This document shows, in pieces, positions 25,346 to 40,610 of a DNA stretch of 64,000 nucleotides (the stretch's first letter is position 1; each line of letters begins with the position of its first letter). Source of the stretch: Octopus vulgaris (taxonomy: Eukaryota); NCBI GenBank assembly GCA_951406725.2, contig OX597826.1:54994001-55058000 (forward strand), given 5' to 3'. Position numbers and translations under genes: made by a program. The notes beneath the pieces were generated by a model that saw only the letters and a list, made by a program, of their open reading frames with translations, did no database searches and was not told where the DNA came from.

Positions 25346-26290
25346 GCGTTCTGCTGCATTCTATAGCGTAACTCCAAGTCGGGTGTTAAAGAGTTTTGGA
25401 GTTTGTTGTTACACCTGAGTCAATAGAATTCCCAGGTATGCTATGGTTCGGGTTGTTAGTATATGTTCGGGTTGGTAGTAACGTACAAGTGGTAGAGCAC
25501 TCCGCTGATACGCGATACATGTAATTATCAAATAGATTCAAAGTTACACACTGTGGGTGACAAGGCTGACCCTTTCAACAACAGAAATGAGTTAAATTAT
25601 AAGGCACTAAAAGAAAATGACTCTCCCCAGACACAACAGAATATGTTTCAACACACGAACTCACATAAAGAATCTGGCAAACCAACTCCAAAAACGAAAT
25701 ACATATGAATTGTATTTTAAAAAGTATTAAAATATCTTGTATATTGAATTATAACCAATATATTGTAGTTAAATTTTAATAAATTCTTATATGAACCCCA
25801 GGGAGTATATTGGTAGAAATGGTTACATTTCTGAGTCAAATAAAAAATGGAGCGATGCCTAAGGCATACGAGACTAGGAAGTAAGCTGGTTCCAAATGTT
25901 TTCACACAGCCTTATCGGTGTTTAGACATGACCTGATGTTGTGTAACTAAATTGCCTCTACCGAAGGGCTAAACAGGAACTGTACCTCAAGGGTAAGATT
26001 GAGAGGGAACAGACGACTAGTTGAGCAAATTACAAATAACGCAGCACAAAGCAACGAGAAACCACTGTCGTATCTGTCCCAAGAGAAAGTCATGATTCTT
26101 CGACTTTGGTATAAAGGACCATCAGTGCCGAGACTGCAGGCATGGCAAGTCAGGAAAGACGAAAACCCGCTGCTGCACTCTCATATACAACGAATATATA
26201 AAAAACGTAAAAATTAATTGGCGAGTTCAATTTTCTCCACGAATATAACTGAAACAAATATGACCGTCCCTATATAGGGTTGTTTTCGAT

Positions 26291-26862
26291 CAGTGGATTC
26301 CAACGGGTGTCCATATAGTCCCTGGGGATCACATAAGAATTTATTAAAATTTAACTAAATAATTCAATACACAAAATATCTTAATATTTTTTTAAATACA
26401 ATTCATAAAATGTATTTCGTTTTTGGAGTTGGTTCGCAAGATTCTTTATGTGAGTTCGTATGTTGAAACATATTCTGTTGTGTCTGGGGAGAGTCACCCT
26501 CTTTTAGTGCCTTATAATTTAACTCATTAACTGGTAAAATTTCCCCTTATTTCTTTTTTATTTTTCTAAAATTTTCGTTGCGTGTTGCGACCTTTTTCAT
26601 GGCTTTGAGAGTCAAAAATATTAAAAAGGTTGCAAGACGCAAAGAAAATTTTAGAAAAATAAAAAATAAATAAGTGGAAATTTTACCAGTGAATGAGTTA
26701 ACTTATAAGGCACCAAAAGAGAATGACTCTCCCCAGACACAACATCATAAGATGTAATTATAATAATATATGATTTTTTAAAACATCGTGTGGCTAGGAA
26801 TGTCCTTCCGACTAAAATAGGAATTAAGGGGGTTCACAAATAAAAGTGGTTGAGAGACACTG
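26291..26862. mobile_element. hAT-like MITE containing a nested palindromic element (~26410-26745)
   Basis: Termini CAGTGGATTCCAAC ... GTTGAGAGACACTG; internal arms ~26477-26597 and ~26624-26744 are inverted copies. Confidence 0.6.
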
Positions 26863-27189
26863 CTCGAGATGCACACCGTAGGGGCACAAAGGCTTCAATG
26901 GTGTCATCCAAAACTAATCGATTATCGAACTCAATGCATATGTAACAGAGAGGAGGTTGTATGTCAAATGTATAAGCTCTTTAGAACATTCTGGAGGCTT
27001 CACAATGCAGAAGCAACAGTGAAGTAGCAATGAGCGGCAATGAGTGCATCACGAATAACTGAAGTAAAGAAGAAAACGAACGCAGCTGCAACAGAACCAG
27101 CAGCAGCAGCACAAGCAGCGGCACAAGCAGCAGCAGCAGCTCGATCTTGTAATTAGGTCAGTCATCATAAGTCACAAGACGCTCTTATA

Positions 27190-28015
<826 letters not shown>

Positions 28016-28139
28016 ACAAAGCATGAATTTAAATGAAATTTCATGGAGACAATACTAAACTTAGTTCTGCAAACGAAACATGGATGAAAGACAATAATAA
28101 CAATATGAACAAAATACTTTCCAGAAAGTTCCAGAACAG

Positions 28140-29175
<1,036 letters not shown>

Positions 29176-29509
29176 AAGTTATTACATGCTTTGTGATGAG
29201 TTAGATATGTTGAAAAGCCATTTTCACTGAGGTATGATGTTGAGAAAATTTTTGCATCAGTCAACAGGTGTTATGATACAAACAGCTATTTCAGGGTGCC
29301 CTCGGTGGATCAATGAATCTCGGTAGCTGTCATCAGTACCGGTTATCAATAATTAACAACCCTCAACTGACTGGAAATTATTGCTTCTTTATATGTTACT
29401 TGCTGGTCTGGTAACAAGACACCCGAATACTGAAGAATCTCTTATTAGTATTGTACTCTTCAGAATTGTACTTTTACGCTGGTCAGATTACCATTACAGT
29501 TCTAATATT

Positions 29510-29943
29510 TAAGGGGCGGGCTGGCAGAAACGTTAGCACGCTGAGCAAAATGGTTAGCGGTATTTCGCCTTCCGTTACGTTCTGAGTTCAAATTCCGCCG
29601 AGTTCGACTTTGCCTTTCATCCTTTCGGGGTCGATTAAATAAGTACCATTTGCGCACTGGGGTCAATGTAATCGACTTAATCCCTTTGTCTATCCTTGTT
29701 TGTCTCCTATATGTTTAGCCCCTTGTGGGCAATAAATGAATAAGAAATGTTAGCGCGCTGAGCGAAATGCTTAGCGGTATTTTGTCTGTCTTCACGTTCT
29801 GAGTTTAAATATCACCGAGGTCGACTTTGCCTTTCATCCTTTAGGGGTCGATAAAATTATGTACCAGTTTCGTCCTTGGGTCAATGTAACCGACTGCCCC
29901 CCCCCCCAAAAAAATGTTGGGCCTTGTGCCTAGAATAGAAAAA
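29510..29943 (+). mobile_element. SINE family B dimer (tail 1 unit plus tail 2 unit) inside one TSD
   Basis: ATTACA(G/A)TTCTAATAT at ~29493 and ~29944; the second unit begins at GAAATGTTAGC and lacks the first bases of the head. Confidence 0.88.
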
Positions 29944-30224
29944 ATTACAATTCTAATATCTATCAACATTTTAGTGAGCAATTTTGTAGCTTCCGTGATT
30001 AGATAGTTTTCAACTGTGTTTGATGGAATTATTTTAAATTTGGAACTTTATCTACGCAAGGATACCTGTTGCCAATTTTGGAAGTGTACTGCATGCCAAA
30101 GAAGACAACGAGGATATATTGTTTTAATAATTCCATTTTTCATTCATCGTATAACTCTAAGTACCTGACAGCATCTCCATTACACCCGATTTCTCCCTAC
30201 ATAAGTACAGAAATTTTTTTAAAG

Positions 30225-30600
30225 ATGCAGGTGTTTAGTCAAACATGGTTCCGGGTTCAGTCCCCCTGAGTAGTACCTTGGGCAAGTGTCTTCTCTTATA
30301 GCCTCGAGCCAACCAAAGATTTGTGAGTGTATTTGGTTGATTGAAACTGACAGATGCCCGTCGTATATATGTATATGAGTGTGTGTGTGTGTGTTTGTCC
30401 TCCCTACAACTTGACAACCGGTGTTTGTGTGTTTATGCCACTGCAACTTAGCAGTTCCGGAAAAAGGGACTGATAGAATAAGTATCAGGCTTCTAAAAAA
30501 TAATGGGATCGATTTGTTCGACTAAAAACCTTCAAGGCTGTGCCCCAGCATGGCGGAAGTTAAATGACTGAAACAGGTAAAAGTTAAAGGATTAAAGATA
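30225..30600 (+). mobile_element. SINE family A (older copy)
   Basis: CATGGTTCCGGGTTCAGTCCC..ACCTTGGGCAAGTGTCTT..internal (TG)n..GATAGAATAAGTA. Confidence 0.85.
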
Positions 30601-31224
30601 ATGACGGGAAGGCGATTACCAAACAAAAAAAGGTGAAAACCTACTTAAAACATCAAAGAATTACAAATTCTTAGAAATAGAAAATAAAATAACAAAAACA
30701 AACCCAACAAAACTAAGTCCAAGGAATTGCTTAAAGGTAACTAGGTGGGAGGAGAAGCACCACAGGAAGATTCCATTCACCACAAAAGAGGGCTTCGGAA
30801 TCAGCTCCTTGCGAAGTGGATGCCATTTGCTGTAAAGAGGAATTTGTTTAACACCCAAATGAAATAATATTCATAACTTATCGCAAAAACAGTACAAACC
30901 TTATACAAAATGTTTATGGCATGCGCGGGTTCTTGCTCAACGATATACTGGAGGGAGAAGAGGACAGGGTGGGAGGACAAATAGAAAAAAACGAAAAAAA
31001 GGAATATTCGATTTCCAATTAAATGTTCCGATAACATTTACAGCCTATATAATCGAACTAAATATTCTATTTATACATTCCTGTCTTGAATCAGATCCCA
31101 GACAATACATACCAAACTTGAAACAAAACAAAACAAGAATTAGAGCTTGATTAAACCCATTAAAACGGTGCTCCAGCATGGCTGCAACCTAATCACTGAA
31201 GTCAGTAAAAGATAAAAGATACAC

Positions 31225-31299
<75 letters not shown>

Positions 31300-31917
31300 A
31301 AAAGGCCGAGTAACTTGTTCTCTTGTCTTTACAAAACCGCACTTATATAGCAATATATAAAACCAACGTTATTCTTCTATTTAGCAGATTTTTGCATAAT
31401 AAGCAATATTATATTATATTGAACAGCGATTGATTTTTCCTTTAAAAATATATAAATAGAAAATATTGAAAATATTTTAATACGATTTAGGAAGTTGAAT
31501 ATTTTTGTCATCTTTGCTTAATATTTCTATCGCTGTTCTTGTTATTGTTGTTGGCGTTGTTGCTATTTATATTTGTTTTTCTTGTTTTACTTCTTTCTTA
31601 GTCTTTTCCTGTGACTTTCTCTCTCTCTGTCTCTCTTTCTCTTTCTCTCTATCTCTCATTCACTCTCTAATCTTTTTTTTGCTTCTTCTCACTAATGTTT
31701 GGAAAACCCAATCATTACACACATAGACGAACACATCACACATATGCGTGCGCCGACTTGCAGACCTAGATACGTTTGCTTACGCACAAGTACATGTAGA
31801 TAAAAGCATAAATATATTTGGCTACATAAATATCAAAATACATATTCTAAACTAAAAATAGAAGAGCACATATCTCTACTGAAGCGCGCAAATATGCTTA
31901 TGTATATATATATGTGC

Positions 31918-31964
<47 letters not shown>

Positions 31965-32437
31965 TGTGTGTGTGTGTTTGTGCGTGATTGTGTGTGTATG
32001 GATTAGCAAAAATTGTCGGTGCAGTACTGTGAGAACCTTGAATCACTCCTTTCGCAATGTCAGCTAAATAAGGGATTATATATGGCCTACGATACAGATC
32101 GCATTGACACTGATAGTATGTACTTTTCCAATGCGGTAGCGCGGCAGTATGATAGGTGTCTCTATGTATGTGTGTATGCACATCTCTCTCTCTCTCTCTC
32201 TCTTGCTCTCTCTCTCTCTATCTCTCTCTCTCTCTGTACATATATATTTATATATTAGAGGTATTTGAGGAGTGTAAAGTCAACATTTAGCCATTTTTGT
32301 TCGCATGTATACACTAATCCCGAGAGCTAGAACCTGACACGATCCCAGGTTCGAGTTACGGGTTAACTCATTAGGAATTCCTTTTAGGAGAAGGAAAATC
32401 GTTCAAAAGACAGCAAAACAAAACAAAACAAACTAAA

Positions 32438-32830
32438 TCTCTCTATATATAAAGCTGAAGTTGTCTGTGTATGGCAGGTTTGGTAGCCTTCAACTAACAC
32501 TATCTCCTCCGAGACCCTGCGGCGCAAGTTGACCAAAATTGAAAGTATGATAGAAGAAGGCTTGTTCTTCCTCTCGTAGAAGAGGAAATTCAAATCGGAC
32601 CATGTTAACACCAGCAATTATTTACATCAAAAAGGTGCTTTTTTTTCTATGAAAATCCCGATTTTTTACGATTTTTTGACTGCTTTGTCGCCAGTTTTCG
32701 GTGTATTTCAACCAGAAAAATGTTCACTTAAAGAGAATAACAAGCTACATAATGCAAAATGTTTACTTTTCAACAATTCCAATTTTAAAAGGTCGAAACA
32801 AACCCGAGCAACGTCGGGCGATACAGCTAG
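32438..32830 (+). mobile_element. Non-autonomous Helitron
   Basis: 5' TC start (A|TCTCTCTATATATAAAG), subterminal hairpin CCCGA-GCAACG-TCGGG (32803-32818), 3' CTAG followed by T, inserted between A and T with no TSD. Confidence 0.85.
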
Positions 32831-33259
32831 TATAAGAATAAAAAGGAATACATACATATATATAAATGTGTGTGGGTTTAAATCTTTAGTGTTTCGGCTA
32901 AAAACTGCGGTCATGCTGCGGCACCACCGTTGGCTGTGCCATACCATTATTTGAAAACTCCTCTAATATGTGGCATTTGGTGAATGAGGCAGTTTGATGC
33001 AGCTGCCCCTATCTCTGTTTCCTTCCATGAGGAAGGCTCATCGCCAGCCCTTGACCGGAAAGTGTGTTTATATATTTATATATATGTATGTGTGTGTGTG
33101 TGTACATATGTCTGTGTGCGCGCGTGTGTCTATGGGTGTGAGTGTGCGCGCCTGTGTATGTGTGTATATGTGCGGGTGTTTGTGTATGTGTTTGTTTGCT
33201 ATATACAATGGATTCAGAAATAAATTAAATAACCATTTATGTATCATTCTTACTGTAAG

Positions 33260-33800
33260 TATTGGGTTGTCCGGAAAGTTCGTGCCGACGTTTAAAGGAA
33301 AGAAAAAAGTAAATAAATACTTGCCATTGCATTATTAATCAACCAAATATGAACCATTTTGTTGCACAATGCGTATCCATCTTTCCTTTAACTTGTAAAT
33401 ACCCTCTTCCCAGAATTGAGGTGATTTCATGGCAAAGAATTCATCAATGTATCGTTTTACGCCTCCAAGGAATTGAAATTTTTACAATTAAGACTAATCT
33501 GCAAAGACCTGAATAAGTGGAAATCCGAAGGGGCAATATCTGGTGAATATGGAGGGTGGGGTAACACATCCCAACCGAGCTGCAGCAATTTTTGTCTGGT
33601 TCCCAAAGCATAAAGTGCCGAAAATGAACTTTCTTATCTTCCATTTTAAAGGGTTACAAAATTAACACAGGTTATAGGAACATAAATCTTATTCCATGAA
33701 AAGATAGCTTAAACTGTACTCTAAATGGAAGTATAGTCAAATCCTATTTTATGGACTCAACCATCTTCTAAAATAAGTCGAAAGTTAAGCTACTATATAT
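33260..33800 (-). mobile_element. Internally deleted mariner element
   Basis: TA|TTGGGTTGTCCGGAAAGTTCGTGCCGA terminus at 33260; the minus strand joins N-terminal MEDKKVHFRHFML to C-terminal [26 protein letters not shown]...FWEEGIYKL.ERW..IVQQNGSY; the second TIR is not seen. Confidence 0.88.
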
Positions 33801-33964
33801 GTGCCGAAAATGAACTTTCTTATCTTCCATTTTAAACTGTGAAGCCAGTCGCCATATCAAAGTGACAGTCGAATGTTACTATTAGTTTAACCCCAGGCAG
33901 TTTCTCCGTCAGCTGATTATCGGTGCAATACTCTTCACCCTTAATATACAATATATTGTTAGCA

Positions 33965-34224
33965 GGCGGAGTGAACCCCTGCCACCAGTCGTTAGGGCAG
34001 CGGGCTCGCGGTTGTAGGATAGTAGTTTCGATTCCCAGACCGGGCGTTGTGGCGATCCCTGTTGTACTCTTTCGCCGCAACTCTCTCTCACTCTTTCTTC
34101 TGTTGGCCTACCGCTTAGCCAGCGGGGTGGCATCATTTGAAGGCTAAAACAATGCGAAGCGCATTGTGACCAGCAATGTGAAGCAGCATCTGATAGCCTG
34201 GTCGGTCACAGTGATCACGGTGAT
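33965..34224 (+). mobile_element. SINE family D head with tail Y, followed by (ACAT)n
   Basis: GTTAGGGCAGCGG.CTCGCGGT..GTTTCGATTCCCAGACCGGGCGTTGTG is shared with the reverse complement of 63290-63372. Confidence 0.75.
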
Positions 34225-34285
34225 ACATACATACATACATACATATATATACATGCATACATACGTACATACATACATACATACA

Positions 34286-34319
<34 letters not shown>

Positions 34320-34796
34320 CATATATACATACATACATACACACACACACGCGCATTTATGTATATATGAAAAGTGCTAGCGGGATTAATATACCAGCTG
34401 TTTCCTGTTGAAGCGTATCTATTTGTTCTGTCATTACCATCCAGCTACACACCCGACTATCTATGCTGCTCCTGATTATTAACTGAATATAAGCGATTCA
34501 TTGAAGCATAAAATTTGTATTATCTAATTTCTCTGTCAAAAGTATTTCGAAGAGCAACTTCCTGGCATGTCTATCTAACATGTAAAACTCAATAAATCCT
34601 ATTAGTAAACGAAACATGTGTAATGGTGAATATATAATATCAATACATTATCCAACTCTCTGTGTATACATATCGAAGGGACACGAAAATCTTCCCGGTA
34701 GTCGCTAACGAGAATGCCAGATGCATTTCGGCTACGTTGAGTGTTGTCGCTGACGTGTACTTCCAATCAATTGTATGCTTAGATTAAATATATATA

Positions 34797-34953
34797 TGGC
34801 TATGTGGTATATAGCTTGCTTAGCAACCACATGGTTCCGGGTTCAGTCCCACTGCGTGGTACCTTGGGTTATCTGTCTTCGATTATAGCATTGGGCCGAC
34901 CAAAGCCTTGCGAGTAGATTTGGTAGATGGAAACTGAAAAAATTCCGTCGTAC

Positions 34954-35042
<89 letters not shown>

Positions 35043-35250
35043 TGTGTGTGTGTGTTTGTGCCTGTGTTTTGCCTCCCACTAACACTTGACAAGCTATGCT
35101 AGTGTGCTTACGTCCCCGTAACTTGGCGGTTCGGCAAAAGACACCGATAGTATACGTACTAGGCTTACAAAAAGTAAGTCATAGGTTTGATTTGCTCGAC
35201 TAAATGCGGTTCTCCATGGCTGCAGTCAAATGACTGAAACAAGTAAAAAA
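34797..35250 (+). mobile_element. SINE family A
   Basis: Head, CORE-like segment, internal (TA)(TG)n and tail all present. Confidence 0.88.
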
Positions 35251-35666
35251 ATAGAAATGGTAAGAAATATTCACTGATATTGCGAATAGATTCTCGTGTG
35301 AATAAATATCCAATATATGCAATAGGATCATTATTAGATTAACATAACGATATATATATTTAATAACAGAAGTAAATGCGTCACCGACATGCGCTACATC
35401 CACCACCACTTTCACTATCGCCCACGCCACCAACTCATCCACAACCTCTGCCACTCATTACATTGACCGAGACAACGCGGCACCTTCTACAAGTTCTCTT
35501 GAACTGCATCCAAATATTCTCAGCACTCTAAAATAGATGACCGTTACATAAAAAAAATGGAACACAATGTTTGGAATAATCCACTGGTTTTTAAAATAAA
35601 ATGAAATTGCCATGTTTGGAATGACTTTGTTCATAGTTCTCCTCGACCAGGGCCGAAGTGGGACCT

Positions 35667-36075
35667 TTTACTCTTTTACTCTTTTACTTGTTTCAGTCAT
35701 TTGACTGCAGGCAAGCTGGAGCACCGACTTTAGTCGAGCAAATCGATCCCAGGACTCATTCTTTGTAAGCCTAGTACTTACTCTATCGTTCTCTTTTGTC
35801 GAACCGCTAAGATACGGGGATGTAAATACACCAGCATCGGTTGTCAAGCGATGTTGGGGAGACAAACACAGACACACAAACGTATACACACACATACACA
35901 TATATATACATATATACGACGGGCTTCTTTCAGTTTCCGTCTACCAAATCCACTCCCAAGGATTTAGTCGGCCTGAGACTATAGTAGAAGAAACATGCCC
36001 AAGGTACCACGCAGTGGGACTGAACCCGGAATCATGTGGTTCGTAAGCAAGCTACTTACCACCCAGCTACGCCGA
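35667..36075 (-). mobile_element. SINE family A
   Basis: Close match to 16269-16690. Confidence 0.9.
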
Positions 36076-36344
36076 GGCCTAACCGAATAACTATATTCAC
36101 CACCACTACCACCATTATATGTACGACTGCATATTACCTACCTATACTATCGATATACAGCCCTACAATCAACACCAACAGCAGTGCCATGTGTACCATT
36201 ACAGTCACATGCATGAATATCAGCACCACTACAGCCGCTACCAAAGCCATCATCACATGCAAAACGTGCTTCGTCGATTACGACGACGAGTGTTCCGGTT
36301 GATTCGAAGAATAAAAAGGAATATATATATATATATATATATGT

Positions 36345-36890
36345 AAAAAAATACAAACTGGGACAAGAACGCAAAACATTTAGAAAACGATACAAAAACA
36401 CGGACGGGACATTCGAAGCCTTCAATCTTCAGTCAAGAACCGGATCATCCTCGCAATTTCGGCTGATTAATCTTGAGATTGCTCCAATATGGCCAGCCCC
36501 AAGGAAAATCTAAGCTAAGCGCATTAGATTCCTTGGAAGAAAGCCTCGAATGTATACAAAACAAAGACGGAAAAACGGACGATATTACACGGATATGAAT
36601 ACAAAAAATACAAAAATACGTAAAAACAATAATAAAAATGCGTAGAAACAATAATGATAATAATAATAACAAAAACAGGACGTCACAAACAGGCGTCTTT
36701 CCACAGGACGAGTAAACTTAGAGCTGGCGTGTTAGAAAAATGTCTTAGGGCAGAGAAAAAAAATGTGTCTTGCCGCGACGACTGCACGAAAGGCCGGCAG
36801 TCGGTCAGTCAACCACGTGTGAGGAGAAGAGAGAAGAAAAGAGGGACAGAGGAGTTAAGGAGGGGGAGAAGAGAGAAGCTGTCCCAATAG
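36345..36890 (-). mobile_element. Putative Penelope-like terminal fragment abutting (TA)n; related copy at 46211-46368 (+)
   Basis: Shared AGCCGAAATTGC..., TTGTATCG and TTTGCGTTCTTGTCCCA ending directly at (TA)n in both copies; only a degenerate CTGAAGA..GAAT motif. Confidence 0.45.
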
Positions 36891-36907
36891 AACCGCTATA
36901 AGAATCT

Positions 36908-37876
36908 TATGTCTTTACTGCCCACAAGGGGGTACACACAGGGGGGAAAAACAAGGACAGACAAACGGATTAAGTCGATTATATCGACACAGTGCGTAAC
37001 TGATATTTAATTTATCGACCCCGAAAGGATGAAAGGCAAAGTCGACCTTGGCGGAATTTGGACTCACAAGGTAACGGATGACGATATACCTATTTCTTTA
37101 CTACCCACAAGGGGCTAAACACAGAGAGGACGAACAAGGACAGACAAATGGATTAAGTCGATTATATCGACCCTAGTGCGTAACTGATATTTAATTTATC
37201 GACCCCGAAAGGATGAAAGGCAAAGTCGACCTTGGCGGAATTTGGACTCACAAGGTAACGGATGACGATATACCTATTTCTTTACTACCCACAAGGGGCT
37301 AAACACAGAGAGGACGAACAAGGACAGACAAATGGATTATGTCGATTATATCGACCCCAGTGCGTAACTGATATTTAATTTATCGACCCCGAAAGGATGA
37401 AAGGCAAAGTCGACCTCGGCGGAATTTGGACTCAGAACGTAACGGATGACGATATACCTATTTCTTTACTACCCACAAGGGGCTAAACACAGAGACGACG
37501 AACAAGGACAGACAAACGGATTAAGTCGATTATATCGACCTCAGTGCGTAACTGGTACTTAAATTTATCGACCCCGAAGGGATGAAAAGCAAAGTCGACC
37601 TCAGCGGAATTTGAACTCAGAACGTTATGGCAGACGAAATACCTATTTCATCACTACCCACAAGGGGATAAGCACAGAGGAGACAAACAAGGACAGACAA
37701 ACGGATTAAGTCGATTACATCGACCCCAGAGCATAACTGGTACTTATTTAATCGACCCCGAAAGGATGAAAGGCAAAGTCGACCTCGGTGGAATTTGAAC
37801 TAAGAACGTAGCGGCAGACGAAATACCGCTAAGCATTTCGCCCGGCGTGCTAACGTTTCTGCCAGCTCGCCGCCTT
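36908..37876 (-). mobile_element. Family B SINE pentamer (period 183-185 bp) within a single 11-bp TSD
   Basis: Unit starts at 36912, 37095, 37279, 37463 and 37648; only the last has the tRNA head; TATAAGAATCT at 36897-36907 and 37876-37886. Confidence 0.92.
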
Positions 37877-37924
37877 ATAAGAATCTGTTACAGATTGCAG
37901 ATCACATCTAGTTGCATGACCGGA

Positions 37925-39480
37925 AACAACGACCACGACATCAGCAACAAAACCACAATGAAAATTCACCACGACCACGATGACGACGACCATCATCACT
38001 ATCACTGCTATCATTACCATCACCATCACCATCAATATCATAAACAAAAAGCAACCAGCATCATTACTACAACCACCACCATCACCACCACTACCACCAC
38101 CACCACCACCACCACCACCAACAACAACAACATTAACACCTCTACCACCACGACGACCACCACCAACAACAACAACAACGGCCACAATCACAAAAACAAC
38201 TACCATCATTCGCAGTAACAACAACAACAACAACAATAGGGCCACCAGCAGTGACAACTTCCATTCCTATCACCACCACTACTATTACCACCACCACCAT
38301 CATCCCCACCATGACCACCACCACCAACAACAACAAGAACAACAACGAACACCACCGCTATCACTGCTAACATCAAAACCAACGACCGCCTACAACCATC
38401 AAAACCACTACCCCTACCACCCCTACCATCAACACTGTAATCTCAACTACAACCGCTGCCATCACTACCACCACCAAAACCACCACCACCACCACCACTA
38501 GCATCCCCAGCGGCACTATCATCGACAGAAGCGTCTGCATGTACCCAACCATTGATGTCAATGTAATCACAGATATCACCACCACCGCCATCAACACGGC
38601 AATGATCATCTTCTTCACTGCCACCAATACGACGACGACCACGACGACCATCACCACCACCATCACCACCACCATCACCACCACCATCACCACCACCAGC
38701 AAGTACAACAACAACAACAACCACAGCAAAACCAAAAAACAACAAGAACCACGCAAACGACAAATCAACGAGCAAGACCAGCAGTGCCGACGGCAACACT
38801 ACCAATACCACCAACACCGCCACCACCACCGCTACCGCCAACATCAACAACAACAACAACAACAGCAACAACAGCAACAACAAAAACAACAACAGCAGCA
38901 ACAACCATAACCACGACAACAACAACAACAGTATATCAACCACGAAAACTACTGGCATCCAAAGGAACAACGCCAGTACCACCACTGACACCAAAATAAC
39001 GACCAACACCACCACCCCCGCCACCTCCACCCCCACTATTACCACCAACACCAACACCACCACCACCACCACCACCATCATCACCGCCAGCAACACAACT
39101 ACCACAAATATCTCAAACACCAACATCAACACCACCTTCACCAACATCACCACCACCACCGCTAACATCACCACCACCACCACCACCACCACCAACACAA
39201 CCACCACAAATACCTCAAACACCAACATCAACACCACCTTCACCACCATCACCACCACCACCGCTAACAGCACCACCACCACCACCACCACCACCACCAA
39301 CACAACCACCACAAATACCTCAAACACCAACATCAACACCACCACAACCACCAACAACACCTCCAACACAAACATTACCACCACCACCATCACCACCACC
39401 ACAACCACTACCACCACCACCACCACCACCACCACCACCACCACCACCACCACCAGCATTACCATAACTGGCATCAACAA
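37925..39480. repeat. ~1.5-kb degenerate (ACC/AAC/ATC)n array with higher-order repeats at ~39060-39370
   Basis: Visible; CAACACAACCACCACAAATACCTCAAACACCAACATCAACACCACC recurs three times. Confidence 0.9.
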
Positions 39481-40142
39481 GCAGAAAAATCAAAACACGA
39501 ACAAATTACAAAAAAAAAGAAAGACAACAATACGATTAAACCTTGCCATCAGTATTCATGAATCTAAATATGCAAATATGATGCAGTGTTTGTGAAGAGA
39601 TAGAGAGAACAAAAGACCAATGTTTTCGCAAGTGAACATTTTCTTCCTTATAAAACCGAAGAGCTCTTGCAAGTTTTCATAAAATTTCTGGTTTTAATAT
39701 TCAATGCAAATTGCTTTAAAATGTTTCACTACTGTGTGACGCCATAACTGATAAATGTATCAATGAGAAGAGAAGTTTCGAGAAAGATGAAGATTAGCAC
39801 AGGACACTTCAACATAAAGTTGCTACGGAATAAATATATGTTGTGTTTTGTTTTTGTTTTTGTTTTATGTATATTATTTTGTATGTAATGTTGCTGGTGT
39901 TTTCCATATGACATTCAAAGAATATCTGTTACCAGTTCTCCAATATCTGACAGTTACGTAAAGAGAAAATATTGCATAGAATTATATCTTGGCCTAAGAG
40001 AGAAAAAAATACTTGAATTTCATTGGGTTTACACAAGATACTGTACGTGTATGCGTGTGTGTGTGAGAGAGAGAGAAAGAGAAAGAGAGAGAAAAAGAGA
40101 AATAGAGAAAAAGAAGTGTACGTGTGCATGTGTGTGCGTGTT

Positions 40143-40610
40143 ACTTTAAAACTAAGGGCCAGGAAGCCAAGAAACTATGGTGGTCCTCTATGGAAGAAAC
40201 TTGTCTTCAGGCGTTTGGATATTGCTCACAACTATGGTCACCACATAATATCAAAGGAATAAAGAACTCCAAGCAATTCATTAGTGCTACACCAAGAAGA
40301 TTGGTACTGTGAAATGTTAAAAGACTGAAGCGACGAGAGAAAACATATGAAGTAATATGCATTTCGGAGACCCGAGAGAGGATGGCACCGAATCGGGAGT
40401 TATAACTCTCCCGAGAAAGACACCGTTGTATATTGCCAAAGGGCCCAGCCACAATGTCTTGGCTAAGAATCTGGTACTGCAATACGTTGGGTTCGATTTC
40501 AAGGGTCCAGAGCTGTTTAATATCTTGCTAAAGTTCCTGTGGGATCTACGTGCAGCAGGGTAAGATATCTTAAAGAAGTACTGTGACCGTCCGCTGTCCA
40601 AATAGTGGCT
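40143..40610 (+). mobile_element. Highly decayed CR1/L2-group LINE fragment (post-RT C-terminal region)
   Basis: Translated pieces FKT...LWKKLV..., YCSQLWSPHNIK.I and FKGPELFNILLK.L resemble CR1-like LDYCSQLWSP and GP.LFN.LP motifs. Confidence 0.6.

Noticed and set aside
27085-27140. CAG-rich stretch suggestive of a poly-Q/poly-A exon
   Set aside because: No sustained ORF or convincing splice sites
30600-31110. Possible LINE remnant on the minus strand
   Set aside because: No diagnostic motif recognisable by manual translation
36908-37876. Regularly spaced repeats resembling a CRISPR array
   Set aside because: The units are near-identical over their whole length with no unique spacers, match a dispersed SINE, and there are no cas genes in this eukaryotic context
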